The position numbers were made by a program, and so were the translations under genes. The notes beneath the pieces were generated by a model. It did not search any database. It worked only from the letters and a program-made list of their open reading frames with translations, and was not told where the DNA came from. Below, piece by piece: positions 45,170 to 57,660 of a stretch of 64,000 nucleotides of DNA. How positions within the stretch are numbered: position 1 is the stretch's first letter; each line of letters opens with the position of its first letter. This DNA comes from the human T2T-CHM13v2.0 reference genome, Homo sapiens, in assembly GCF_009914755.1 (NCBI RefSeq), contig NC_060934.1; one strand, 5' to 3'.

Positions 45170-47180
45170 ACAACAATAACCCTATGAAGAAGAACTGTTG
45201 GCATAAGTAATCCAAATAAGCATAATAAATATTCTCAAGCAGGGAATGGAAGACATTACTATTGTTAGTAGTGCTAAGAAGAAAGAAAAAGAACAAGGTC
45301 AAATGTGAGATGTGAAAAGCATGATAGGTGAATAAAGAACACTAGTTAGTAAAACAAATTAGTGAGCTGGAATACAAGACTGAGGAAATTTCCCAAAATG
45401 CAGCAGGAAAAGATAATGATGAGACATGTAAAAGAAAATAAGACTTGTGGAGATTAGAAATCAAAATGAAAACATATAGAGAATAGAGGAATAGATGGAG
45501 ATTTTTAAAAATACTAATGAAGAAATATTTGATAAAATAAGGAAAATAAAATCACCCAATTTAAAGAAAGCTGAAAGTGGTCCATACAGAGCAAAAAACA
45601 CTAGACAAAAAACCTCACCCCTAGGCATATTGTAGTAAAATGTAATAACATAAAAAACAAGATAAAATTCTGAAAGCTTCCAAAATGAAAAAGTAGACAT
45701 ATTGGAGAAAAAAAAACAAGAATTACATTTGAAAGAAGCAAGAAGTCAATACAGTATTATTTCTAATCTGCAGAAGGAACATATCTGTGATCGTAGAATT
45801 TTATATTTGCCAATATGTCATTTAAATCTGATGAGAAAAAAATATTCTCAGACTTCTAAGATATCACAAAGTTTGCCAAGTTCCCACCTTCAAATTCCTC
45901 CTTAGACAAGATATTAAAACAAAAACAGGGTTAATTTCGGGAGGATAATTGAAGAGATCTGGACAATAAATTTCATCAAATCCCTTTTAAAAATGTATTG
46001 TTGTCTAACAAACAAAGAACAGCATAAATAAAAATACATCAAAAACAAACTGGAACTAAAATTCCAGAAAAATTAACAGTAGAGAAAACAATGCATGGGA
46101 GAATATCTTTTTTAAAGGAAGATATAGATCAGTGGTCCCCAGTCTTTTTGGCACCAGGAACCAGTTTTGCGGAAGACAGTTTTTCCACAGACTTGGTGAT
46201 GCCGGATGGTTTCAGGATGAAACTCTTTCACCTCAGATCATCAGGCATTAGATTCTCATAAGGAGTGTGCAACCTGGATTGCTTGCATGTGTAGTTCGCA
46301 ATAGGGTTTGCGGTCCTATGAGAATCTAATGTCTTCACTGATCTGACAGAAGGCTGAGCTCAGGTGGTAATGTTCACTAGCCCACCACTCACCTCCTGCC
46401 GTGTGGCTTGGTTCCTAACAGGTCACAAACCAACCCATACTGGTCCACAGCCTGGGGTTGAGGACTCCTGAAATAGATGATTAACAAATCAATATAAAAG
46501 GAATAGCTTCTTTTTAGAAGACTACAACTTACCAAAAATAACTCCAGTGGAAACAGCCTAAACAGATCATTTTCCACAAAAGAAAGAAAATTGGTAGTTA
46601 AAAGAGATCCCCACTCAAGAGCACTAGGCCCAGATTTCATAGGAGAATTCTACTAACTCTAATTTTATGAAACAATTATTACATGATCACAAAACCTGAC
46701 AAAGATTGCCCCATATAAAAAGTACAGATTAATCTCACTTATAAATAATGCTATAGAATTTTTATATAAGTTATATGTTAGGAAACAGAATCCTACAACA
46801 CATTAAGCATGACTCTTGTGACTAAATAGGGTTAACTCTAAGAATATATGTGTGCTTCAACATTGGGACACTTATAATTCATCTCAATGAAGTTAAAGAG
46901 AAAATTAATATTGTTATCTCCATGGACACAGGAAAGGCATTTGACAAAATTTAATACCCATTCGTTTGTAAAACATTCAGTAAAATAGGAGTTGATGGAG
47001 ATGTTGTTAACATGATTTTATGTATCTATCTATCTACCTATCTATCTATTAATCCAAAAGCTGGTCTACCTTAACAGAGAAACATTGGAGACTATCCTAC
47101 AACAATCAGGAAAAGAAAAGCCTATCTGATCATTCCCTTGCTATTAAATATTGTTTTGAAGTTACTGACCAATGCAACTA
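45170..47180 (+). mobile_element. Old L1M ORF1/ORF2 fragments
   Basis: ORF1-like (GAGGAAATTTCCCAAAATGCAGCA, CCCTAGGCATATTGTAGTAAAA) and ORF2-like (CTAGGCCCAGAT, AAAGGCATTTGACAAAAT) motifs. Confidence 0.7.
46130..46470 (+). mobile_element. MER1B (hAT-Charlie)
   Basis: TIRs CAGTGGTCCCC ... GAGGACTCCTG; 8-bp near TSD ATATAGAT / AAATAGAT. Confidence 0.92.
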
Positions 47181-47289
47181 GATGCAAGTAAAATATGTAT
47201 AGTATGCTACCTTTTATTTCTTCAAGTGAGTGGTACATAATTTTTTAAGTGATCAACTGCACGGGAATGGAGGGTATAGGATGGAAGGA

Positions 47290-50200
47290 TAGTGATAAAA
47301 GCTAGATCCACACAAATATAGCCAAGTGATCTTTGACAAAGGAACGAAGGCAATTTTATGGAGGAAAGATAGTCTTTTCAACAACTGATGCTGGGAAGAT
47401 TGGACATCCATATGCAAAATGATGAATCTGGACATAGTCCTTACACATTTCACATAAGTTACCTAAACATGGGCTTACCATAAAATCTGGCAATTCCACT
47501 TCTAGGTACTTATCCAATTAAGTTGAGAAGGTCTGTCCACACAAAAACTGCACGTGAATGTTTATAGCAGCAGCTTAATTCATTGCCAAACACTGAAGGA
47601 ACCAAGATATCCTTCACCAGGTTACTGGATAAATAAACTGTGCTATATCCACACAATGGAATGGAATGTTATTCACTGACAAACAGAAATTATTAAACTA
47701 TTAAGCCATGAAAAGACATGGAGAAATCTAAAATGGGTATTGCTGAATGAAAGAAGTCAGGCTGAAAAGGCTACTTACTGTATGATTCCAATGATATGAC
47801 ATTTTGGAAAAGGCAAAACTATATAGACAGTTAAAAGAATTAAAAGATCAGTGGTTGCCAAGGTTCAGGGGAGAGGGAGGGGAGGGGAGCATAAGTGTAG
47901 CACAGAAGACTTTTAGGTGGGAAAACTAGTCAGTGTGAAATAGTCATGGTGAATACCTGTCATTATGCATTTGTCAAAGCCCACAGAATGTACAACACAA
48001 AGAATGAACCTTAATGTAAATGATGCACTGTAGTTGATAATAATGTGTTAATGGTTTGTTAATTTTAACAAATGTACCACATGAATGCAAGATGTTAATA
48101 ATAGAGGATGCTGAGGAGGGAGAGGTGGTTGGGTTATTATATGAAACTCTATACCATCTGTTAAATGATTCTATAAATCTAAGACTGTACTAAAAAGAAA
48201 ATATACTTTTTTTTAATAAACTAAATTAATGTATGAGCATCCAGCTAGAGGCATTACCAGCCTTACAGAAACTACTCCGAATGACTTTAAAATATGGCAA
48301 TTTGACTGCATATTCCCAGTGAATACAAATCATAAGGGTAAAGAAATTACAAATAATTCTTTAAGCTGTCTTAATAATCATATTGTCGGTGGTAGTATGG
48401 GTATTGTTCTTCTGATACACTTGTTGTGTAATGTGGGATCCAGTGAGTGAGTCATTATATGAAAGACTAATTTTACCAGTGTTATTGGTAACTGGGATTC
48501 TCCTAGTGGGAAAGAGGATATATATATATGTAATATAAAAGAAGTTTCATTAAAAAAAAACTCTGTGGTCCTGAATTAAAATGGTAATGAATTAATTACA
48601 TATTGCTAATTTTATCTATAGAGAAGGCCTAAAAATAATGATCAATCTGGTGGTAAACGGCGTATACCTGTGGCACCCAGGTTGTGGCCTGGAAATAGCA
48701 TTTTACTCTAAAAAGAAGCAGATCTCCTCAGAGAAAGGACTGATTCAAATTTAGGGCAAGAAATGTACAAGATAAGCATGAAATATACCAAAATGAGGGA
48801 AGCTATTAAAACTACTACAAGTGTGTCAAAATGATTCAGAAGCCAAATTGAAGAGTCCATGGATGAAACAATGTGAGCACTAATAATGAAGATAATTTCA
48901 GTGAGTGGAAACACATCTAATATGTTTAAATCCTTGAGTTCATAAAGAATTTTTTAAAAAATTAAAAAGTGGGGGAAAAAGGGGGAACAACTTCTGTTTG
49001 TGGATGCCAGGGGTTATTTTGAAAACTTGCAAAAAAAAAAAAGGAAGGAAGAATCAAACATCCTGCCTGCCTCCCTATGTGAATGATATCATTGTATAAT
49101 CAAATAATACATGAGACGTTTCACTTTATGGAAGAATTCCAGTTAAAAATGGAGACCATAACAATAGAATTAAATTATCATCACTTTGCAGCCCCTAATG
49201 AATTAATGGATCTAAGAATTGATCATCACAAAGAGAAAGAAATAAAGAAAGAAAAAAAAGAAGGGGGACGGAGGGGGAGGGAGAGAAAGAGAGAGAACCA
49301 TGCAGTATGTACCTCTTGATGGAAAAACAAAACACCAGTTTGAAGAAGTCTTACAAGATACTAGATCAAAATACCAATTTACAGGGAATACATTGAAAAA
49401 TATCTTAAGCTATGTCACAGGAATACAATCTGTAAAATGTCAACTGTGCAAAATCTACAAGACAATTAATATGGTTTTATCAACAATAGCAATAAAATAA
49501 AATTAGTTGCAAGAAACAATTTATTCTATAGGTTCCCTATACAAAGGGAACCTCCAGATTAAAGACAAAATATTTGTAAAGAAAAATTTGCTGTAAGTGA
49601 ACCTTATTTGTATTCTATTTCAAAAAAGAGAACTATAAAAATGGATTATGACATGCAAGCTTAAACTTTTTATTTGATGCTATTAAAGAATCACTGATGT
49701 AATAATTTTACTTATTTTTAAGATTCTTTGTCATTTAGAAATATTTAATAAAACATTTATGAATATAATGTTGTAGTATTTGGGCTTTTACTTCAAAATA
49801 GTGTAAGAAGAGGAAAAATGAGTGAGAGTTACAGGTGAAAAAACAGGAGCCATTAGTTAACTGATCTCAAGGTTGATGTGAGTCCAGGGTGCTTCATACA
49901 TTTTTTTCTGTTTTCTTGTAATATGTTTAAAATTCTCCATGAACTTACGTTTTTATTTATATCACCAATGCATAGTGAAGAACAAATGTTCTCTGAGAAG
50001 TCCTTTAAAATAAATCAATAACATTTGTCCAGTAATTTTTTTAAAAATGTGTACTTATAAAGGAAGAAGGGGATAGCAGAAAAGACAGAAAAAGAAGCCA
50101 AACTTCTTGATTTGTAGATTTAATGTTGGAACCATAAAAATATTTTACATGGTTATAAGGTAAAATTCAATCAAAAAGCAATCATTAAAATCTAAAAATG

Positions 50201-50380
50201 AAACAAATGAAGCTAACTCAATCTCCAGTTGGTGGCATAATCACACAGAGAAGATCTATTACAAATGAGTTTAAGACACAGTAATTTGATTTTACATTCT
50301 CAGTGGGAAATAATCTAAAATTAAACCATTTTTGGTAATCAGATTTTTGGTGGTAGTAGTGGTATTATCATTCTAAAACT
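47290..50380 (+). mobile_element. L1MC-type 3' end (47290-~48210) followed by older L1M 3'UTR fragments
   Basis: CATTTGTCAAAGCCCACAGAATGTACAACACAAAGAATGAACC and related L1MC motifs. Confidence 0.7.
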
Positions 50381-50382
50381 GG

Positions 50383-53300
50383 TGTATTAGTCAGGGCTCT
50401 CTAGAGGAACAGAACTAATAGGATATATATATGAAAGTTTATTAAGTATTAACTTAACATGACCACAAGGTCCCACAATAGGCTATCTGCAAGCTTGAGG
50501 AGTAAGGACAGCCAGTCCAAGTCTCAAAATTGAAGCACTTGGAGTCTGATGTTTGAAGGCAGGAAGCATCCAGCATGGGAGAAAGATGTAGGCTGGGAGT
50601 CTAGGCCAGTCTCACCTTTCACTTTTTTCTGCCTGCTTTATATTTGCTGGCAGCTGATCAGTTTGTGCCCATCAGATTAAGGGTGGGTCTGCCTTCCCCA
50701 GCCACTGACTCAAATGTTAATCTCCTTTGGCAACACTCTCACAGACACACCTAGGATTAATACTTTGTATCCTTCAATCCAATCGAGTTGACACTCAGTA
50801 TTAACTATCACAATTCCACCCCTTGTCAGCTTGAACACATACACATCTCCTGATATCATACATAGTCCTCAAATAAAGACAATAATAAGGTTACAATTAC
50901 ACCTAACGTAATACAACTTCCTTTGTACAACCAAAAATGCACCAATCCCCAACCCAAATACTATTACATAAAGTTAACAATACTTAAATGCCAATATGAA
51001 GTCAAAACTTATGTCACATGATAAAGGAAAAGGAAATAAAATGAAGATATTTTCTTAGTACAAGTGTATACATGAACAAACATGTTTTTAACAAAAGAAG
51101 GAGGAAATACTCATGACAGCTACAGTCCTCGTTTCTGCAGCTGGTCATGTAGTCATAGCTGGTCTTGATGACTACCTTCTTCTACTACTCGTTCTATATT
51201 CATTTTGCCTTAAGCAGGCACCTCAGCAGGTCATGGTTTTTTCCTGGTGGAGTGACCCAAACCTTCATTCTTGAGGGGTCTGGACCATTTGTAGTCCCAC
51301 CTGGATTTGGGCTGTTGTAGTTTCCCATTGACCTTAATCACATGGCATGGTAATATTAAGAGATGCCCTAATGGATCTCCTGTGTTCCATGCATACTCTT
51401 CCTTACCTCCATTATGGAATAGCAGACTGATTTCATCTTGACAGTCCAGGTCAATCAGCCCAGCCAACACTGTAAATCCCTTCTTATCCTGTTGACTTTA
51501 GGATAGGAGCAGCCCAAAGTGTCCAGGTGGAAATCTTAACTTCCAGTTTAATGGAAACTTTGTTGTGTTTCCTAGTGGCAGCATTCCTCCCTCTGGAACT
51601 AAGACCTCTAGGCCAGGAGAACATAATGTCAGGGAAACAGGAAGCAAACATTTGCTAGTGGATTACTAGCGGTGATGGTGAGTGGTGTCACTTCCATTTC
51701 CACCCCTTGATTCCTGGACCCGTGAATCCTTGCTATGGGAGAAATAGTACCATATATTGAACACTGATTCAGAGCATACATGGTCTTCTAGAGAACTTTG
51801 CCCCAGCCCTGCAAAGTATTGTCATCTAGTTGGCGTTGTAATTGTGACTTCAAAAGGCCATTACACCGTTCTATCAATCCAGCTGCTTCAGGATGATGGG
51901 GAACATGGTAAGACCAGTGAATTCCATGAGCATGAACCTACTGCTGCACTTCTTTAGCTGTAAAGTGAGTGCCTTGGTCAGAGGCGATGCTGTGTGGAAT
52001 ACTATGATGGTGGATAAGGCATTCCGTAAGTCCACAGATGGTAGTCTTGGCAGAAGCATTTCATACAGGACAGGCAAACCCATATCTGGAGTAAGTGTCT
52101 ATTCCAGTAACGACAAACCTCTGCCCTTTCCATGATGGAAGAGGTCCAATATAATCAACCTGCCACCAGGTAGCTGGCTGATCACCCTGAGAAATTGTGC
52201 CATATCAAGGGCTCAATGTCGGTCTCTGCTGCTGGCAAATTGGGCACTCAGCAGTGGCCATTAGCCAAGTCAGCCTTGATGAGTGGAAGTTCGTGTTGTT
52301 GAGCCCAGGCATAACCTCCCTCCCTGCCACCATAGCCACTTTGTTCACAGGCCCATTGGGTGATGACAGGGATGCCTGGGGAAAGAGGCTGAGTGATGTC
52401 CATAGAATGGGTCATTTTACCCACTTGATTATTAAAATCCTCTGCTGCTGAGGCCACCCGTTGGTAAGCACTCGTATGGGATACAAATATCTTCACAGTT
52501 TTTGACCACTGAGGATGTCCATCCATATATCTCTTCCCCAAATTTCTTTGTCACCAATTTTCCAATCATGCTTCTTCCAAGTCCCTGACCATCCAGCCAA
52601 ACCATTCCCTACAGCCCATGAACCATTATATAATCGCACATCTGGCCATTTCTCCTTCTGTGCAAAGTGCACAACCAGGTGCACTGCTCAAGTTCTGCTC
52701 ACTGGGAAGATTTCCCTTCACAGCTGTCTTTAGAGGATTTCCTAGAAAGGCGGTGTAGCGCTGCAGCTCTCCACTTTCAGGTGGTGCCTGCATATCATGC
52801 AGAACCATCTGTGAACCAGGCCCTAGTCTTCTGTTCCTCTGTCAACTGATCATAGGGAACTCTCCATGAGGCCATCAGTGCAACCTGGGGGAGAGGAGCC
52901 AGGGTGGCAGGAGTGGAGACAACGGGCACTTCCGCCACTTCCTCATGTAACTTACTTGTGCCTTCAGGACCTGCTCAAGCCTGGTAACATATACCACTTC
53001 CATTTATGATGGAATGCTGCTGTGCATGACCCACTTTATGGTTAGATGGGATAGAATGCACCCAGTTCATGATAGGCAGTTGAGGTCACATGGTGACTTC
53101 ATGATCCATAGTCAAATGTTCAGTTTCCACCACAGCCCAGTAACAGGCCAAGAGCTGTCTCTCAAAAGGAGAATAGTTATCTGCAGAAGATGGCAGGTCC
53201 TTGCTCCAAAATCCTAGTGGCCTCCACTGTGATTCAACTATGGGGACTGCCAAAGGCTCCAAACAGCATCCCTATCTGCAACTAACACCTGAAGCACCAT

Positions 53301-56300
53301 TGGATCTGCTGGGTCATATGGCCCAAGTGGCAGAGCAGCTTGCACAGCAGCCTGAACCTGCTGCAGAGCCTTCTCCTCTTCTGGACCTCATTCAAAACTG
53401 GCAGCCTTTTGGGTCATTTAATTAATGGGCCAAAATAACACACCCAAATGAGGAATGTGTTGCCTCCAAAACCCAAATGGGCCCACTAGGTGTTGTGCCT
53501 CTTTTTTGGTTGTAGGAGGGGCCAAATGCAGCAACTTATCCTTCACCTTGGAAGAAATATTTTGACAGGTCCCACACCACTGGACCCCTAGAAATTTTAC
53601 TGAGGTAGAAGTTCCCTGAATATTAGTCAGATTTATTTCCCAACAACTGGCATGCAAATGTCTCACCAATAAGTCCAGTCTGTTTGTTACTTCTTGCTCA
53701 CTGGATCTAATTGGCATAATGTCATCAATGTAATGGACCAGTGTGATATATATATATATACATATATTTTTTTTTTTTTTTGAGATAGAGTTTCACTCTT
53801 TTTGCCCAGGCTGGAGTGCAATGTGCAATGGCGCAATCTCGGCTCACTACAACCTCTGCCTCCTGGGTTCAAGCAATTCTCTTTCCTCAGCCTCCCAAGT
53901 AGCTGGGATTATGGGCACCTCCCACCACACCCGGCTAATTTTTTGTATTTTTAGTAGAGATGGGGTTTCACCATGTTGGCCAGGATGGTCTTGATCTCTT
54001 GACCTCTTGTGGAGGAGAAAAGCTATCAAGGTCTCTCCAAATAAGATTATGACACAAAGCCTGAGAGTTGATATACCCCTGAGGTAGGACAGTAAAGGTA
54101 TATTGCTGGCCTTGTCAGCCGAAGGGAAATTGCTTCTAGTAGGCCTTATGGACAGGAATGGAGAAAAAGGCATTTTCCAAGTAAATGGCTGCACACCAGG
54201 TACCAGGAGACGCGTTAATTTGCTCAAGCAATGAAACCACTTCTGGTACAGCAGCTGCAATTGGAGTCACCACGTGGTTACTGTCTTCTGTGCAGGCCAA
54301 ATGGGAGAGTTGAACGCAGATGTGGTAGGAATCACCACCCCTGCATCTTTCAAGTCCTTGATGGTAGCACTAATCTCTGCAATCCCTCCAGGGATGCAAT
54401 ATTGTTTTTGATTTATCATTTTTCTAGGTAGAGACAGCTCTGCTTCCATTTGGCCTTTCCCACCACAATAACTCTCACCCTAACAGTCAGGGAGCTAATG
54501 TAGGGGTTCTACCAGCTGCTAAGTATGTCTATGCCAATTACCATTCTGGCACTGGGGAAATGACCACAGGATGAGTCTGGGGACCCACTGGACCCACTGG
54601 ACCCACTGTAAGTCAGACCTGAGCTGCAACTTCATTAATTACCTGATCTCCATAAGCCCCTACTTTAACTGGAGGGCCACAATGATGTTTTGGGTTCCCT
54701 GGAATAAACATCAGCTCAGAGACAGTGTCCAGTAGTCCCCAAAATGTCCGATCATTTCCCATTCTCCAGTGCACAGTTACCCTGGTAAAAAGCCAGAGGT
54801 GTCCTTGGGGAAGGATGGGAGAAAGATTCACTGCATAAATTATCAGTAATATAGTAGGATCTTTCCTTAAGAGGATCCGGCATTCCTTTCATTCAAGGGG
54901 TTCTGGGCCTGTAAACTGACTCAAGTCTGGAAATTGATTGAGGGGCCACGATTCTCTGTTTTTATAATTCAAATTAGTCTTTTGTCTATTTGACCTAGAA
55001 GTTTTCTCCTTACATAAAGTAAGTAGGAATGCAGTAGGCTTCCTATCAATTTCACTTCTAGGAACACCACGGTTAATTAGTCAATGCCAGAGCTTTACAT
55101 GAGTCAGACTACTCTGATCGCTGCTTTGTCTCTGCTGCCCATTATGGTAGCTCACCTTGCCTGTCACAGTTGAGTGCTGCCACTTGGCCTCTGCCACCTC
55201 GGGATCCAATTATTCCCACTGTATTTAAATTTTGTAGTTGAGTGACTGTGGTTCCCACTGTTAGATCTAATATACAGAGAAGAGCAATTACACGGTTCTT
55301 CAAAGATGCAGGTGCTGCCCTCACAAATCTATTTTGCAAGGCATTGGTCAAGGGTATATCTTCTGGATACTCCCAGCTGGGATGAGTAGGTCTAATGTGA
55401 CTAATGCACCATCCCAATCTCCCTAAGCCTTTGCATCCCTTCCTCTACATTAAGCCAAAGGAGATCAGGCATTTCCAGCTCTCTCACAGTTGGCCCTTTT
55501 TTAATCCACATTTCAGCTGACCAAGAAAATAAACTATTAAATTTTTTATAACTCTTCGAGATGCAACATTAAAAGCAGAGTCCCTACTTAGTGGGCTCAA
55601 ATCAATAAACTCAGCCTGATCCAACTCTATGTTCCTTCCACCATTATGCCATACCCTTAATATCCATTCCCATGCCTGTTCTCCAGATTTGTGTTTATAT
55701 AAATTACAGAACTCAAACAGTTCTTTTTAAGCGCAGTGCACCTCTTCATGGGTCATACTCTCAACCTCACCTCTAGGGACCCACCAGGACTTTAGTTGTA
55801 GGTCTAGAAGCAAACAGGGGTGTTGGGGGTAGCTCCTGAGAAGAATCAACATTATTTTGCCTGGCATCTGCCTCAGGAGAGGCCATCACTGTTGCCTCAG
55901 GCAGTGCGGAGTTTATCTCCTCAGACAAAGGTGGAAAGGCTGATGGCAACATGGGTCAGGGAGGGGATGTTGCCACTAATGGGGATGGGGAAGTTGTTCC
56001 TTCTGGCAAAAAAGATTCATCCGAGTTTACAAACTCAGTGTCCCCAGCTTCATCAGGGTCCTCCCACACATTCCCATTCCAAGTTGCAGGGTCCTATTCT
56101 TTTCCAATCAATGCCCTCACTTTAACAGTAGACACCTGATGAGGCTGTGTATGTACCTTTTGTTGCAGGTCAGCCAGTCGCATGATAAGAGCTTATGTCT
56201 GTTTTTCCACAATTTCAGCTTTCTCTACAGGAGATAAGACTCTCATTCAGGGCAATCTTAGCAGATTTGAGGCTTAGTATCTGTTTTTGAAGGTGGGAGA

Positions 56301-56714
56301 CATAATCCCTGAGTTGATAATTTTCTTTTATCACTTTGTCCACTGAACTTAGGAGCAAGTAACCAGCTTCATTATGTTCCTTGGTTCTCCACATATGGTC
56401 AAAGGCATTATGTATAGAGCCACTAAACTCCTTGCCTCTCACGAGCAGTGAATCAGGAGTTTCAAATGCATTTATTTTGCATAACTCTGTAAGAAGTTTA
56501 CTTCAAGGACTATCAGTGTTCTCCATACTACTAGAAGTAGAGTCCTTAGCATTTTTGGGTCTAATCATATTAAGCATCCAACTCCAGAAACCCTAAAACC
56601 AAAGAAAGAACTCCATCCTTATCATTCTTTTCCTCTAGAACCACTCCTGTTACCAAAATCTGTATTAGTCAAGGTTCTCTAGAGGGACAGAACTAATAGG
56701 ATATATATCCTATT
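50383..56714 (-). mobile_element. HERV-L provirus (MLT2A1-type 3'LTR 50383-50812; gag-pro-pol-dUTPase; 5'LTR reduced to ~50 bp)
   Basis: PBS TGGTAACAGGAGTGG (tRNA-Leu type) at 56641-56655; PPT next to the 3'LTR. Minus ORFs: gag (56215-56442, 55142-55417), protease GLLDTVSEL (54613-54831), RT (54267-54449, 53418-53717), RNase H/IN (52248-52684), dUTPase LAGLIDLDCQDEI (51231-51470). No env. Confidence 0.95.
53745..54008 (-). mobile_element. 5'-truncated AluS with (TA)n tail inserted in HERV-L RT
   Basis: Antisense Alu ending at GACCTC; HERV-L RT sequence continues on both sides. Confidence 0.9.
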
Positions 56715-57138
56715 GGCCCATGCTCAGTCTGGGTGGGTGCCATCTAATCAGCTGCCAGCACAGCTAGCTAGAATAAAGCAGGCAGAAGAACATGGAAAGG
56801 CTTGACTGCCTGGGTCTTCTGGCCTCCAACTTTCTCCCATGTTGGATGCTTCCTGCCCTCAAACATAAGACTCCAAGTTCTTCAGCTCTTGGGCCCTTGG
56901 ACCTACACCAGTGGTGTTCTGGGGGTTCTCTGGCCTTTGGCCACAGACTGAAGGCTGCACTGTCAGTTTCCTATTTTGAGGTTTTGAGACTTGGACTAGC
57001 TTCCTTCCTCCTCAGTCTGCAGATGGCCTATTGTGGGACTTCATCTTGTGATCATGTGAGTCAACACACCTTAATAAACTCCCTTTCATATATACATCTA
57101 TCCTACCAGCCCTGTCCCTCTAAAGAACCCTGACTAAT
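56715..57138 (+). mobile_element. MLT2A2-like LTR, 5'-truncated, opposite orientation to the HERV-L
   Basis: Reverse-complement match to the solo LTR at 18760-19275 (ORF 56792 parallels ORF 18850); ends AGAACCCTGACTAAT. Confidence 0.9.
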
Positions 57139-57164
57139 GAACCATATAAGATAACATATGTGTG

Positions 57165-57660
57165 GGTTCCAGGGATCATTATTCAGCCTATCATAACCCT
57201 CTAGCTCCTAAAGAGTCACATTCTTTTCACATACAAAATACATTCATCCCCATCCCAAGGTCACCAAAAGTCTCAACACAAGTCCAAAATGTCATGACTT
57301 AAGCATCAATTCAACTCCTAAATTTAATGTCTCATCAGCTCAAAAGTAAAATATCTCACTACCTCATCTAAATTAGGTATGAATGAGACTCTGATATGAT
57401 CCATCCTGTAGTAAAATTTCTATCTGTGAACCTTTGAAATTCACGAAAACTAATTCTCTTCTAAAATAAAATGGTGGTACAAGCACTAGCTAACAGTCAT
57501 GTATTTCTCATTCAAAAAGGGAGGAATGAAGGGCAGAAAAGGAGTTACTGGTCCCAAGCTATTTTGAAATCCAGCTGGGCAAACTCCATTAATTTTCAAG
57601 TCCTAGGAATAATCCTCTAAGGCCCATAGCCGTACCCTCCAGGCTCACAGCTCTGCCCTC
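57165..57660 (-). mobile_element. MaLR LTR edge plus internal (MLT1/MST-int-like) fragment
   Basis: ATTATTCAGCCTATCA then CACATACAAAATACATTCATCCC...CTCATTCAAAAAGGGAG...GGTCCCAAGC...TCCAGCTGGGCAAAC. Confidence 0.7.
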
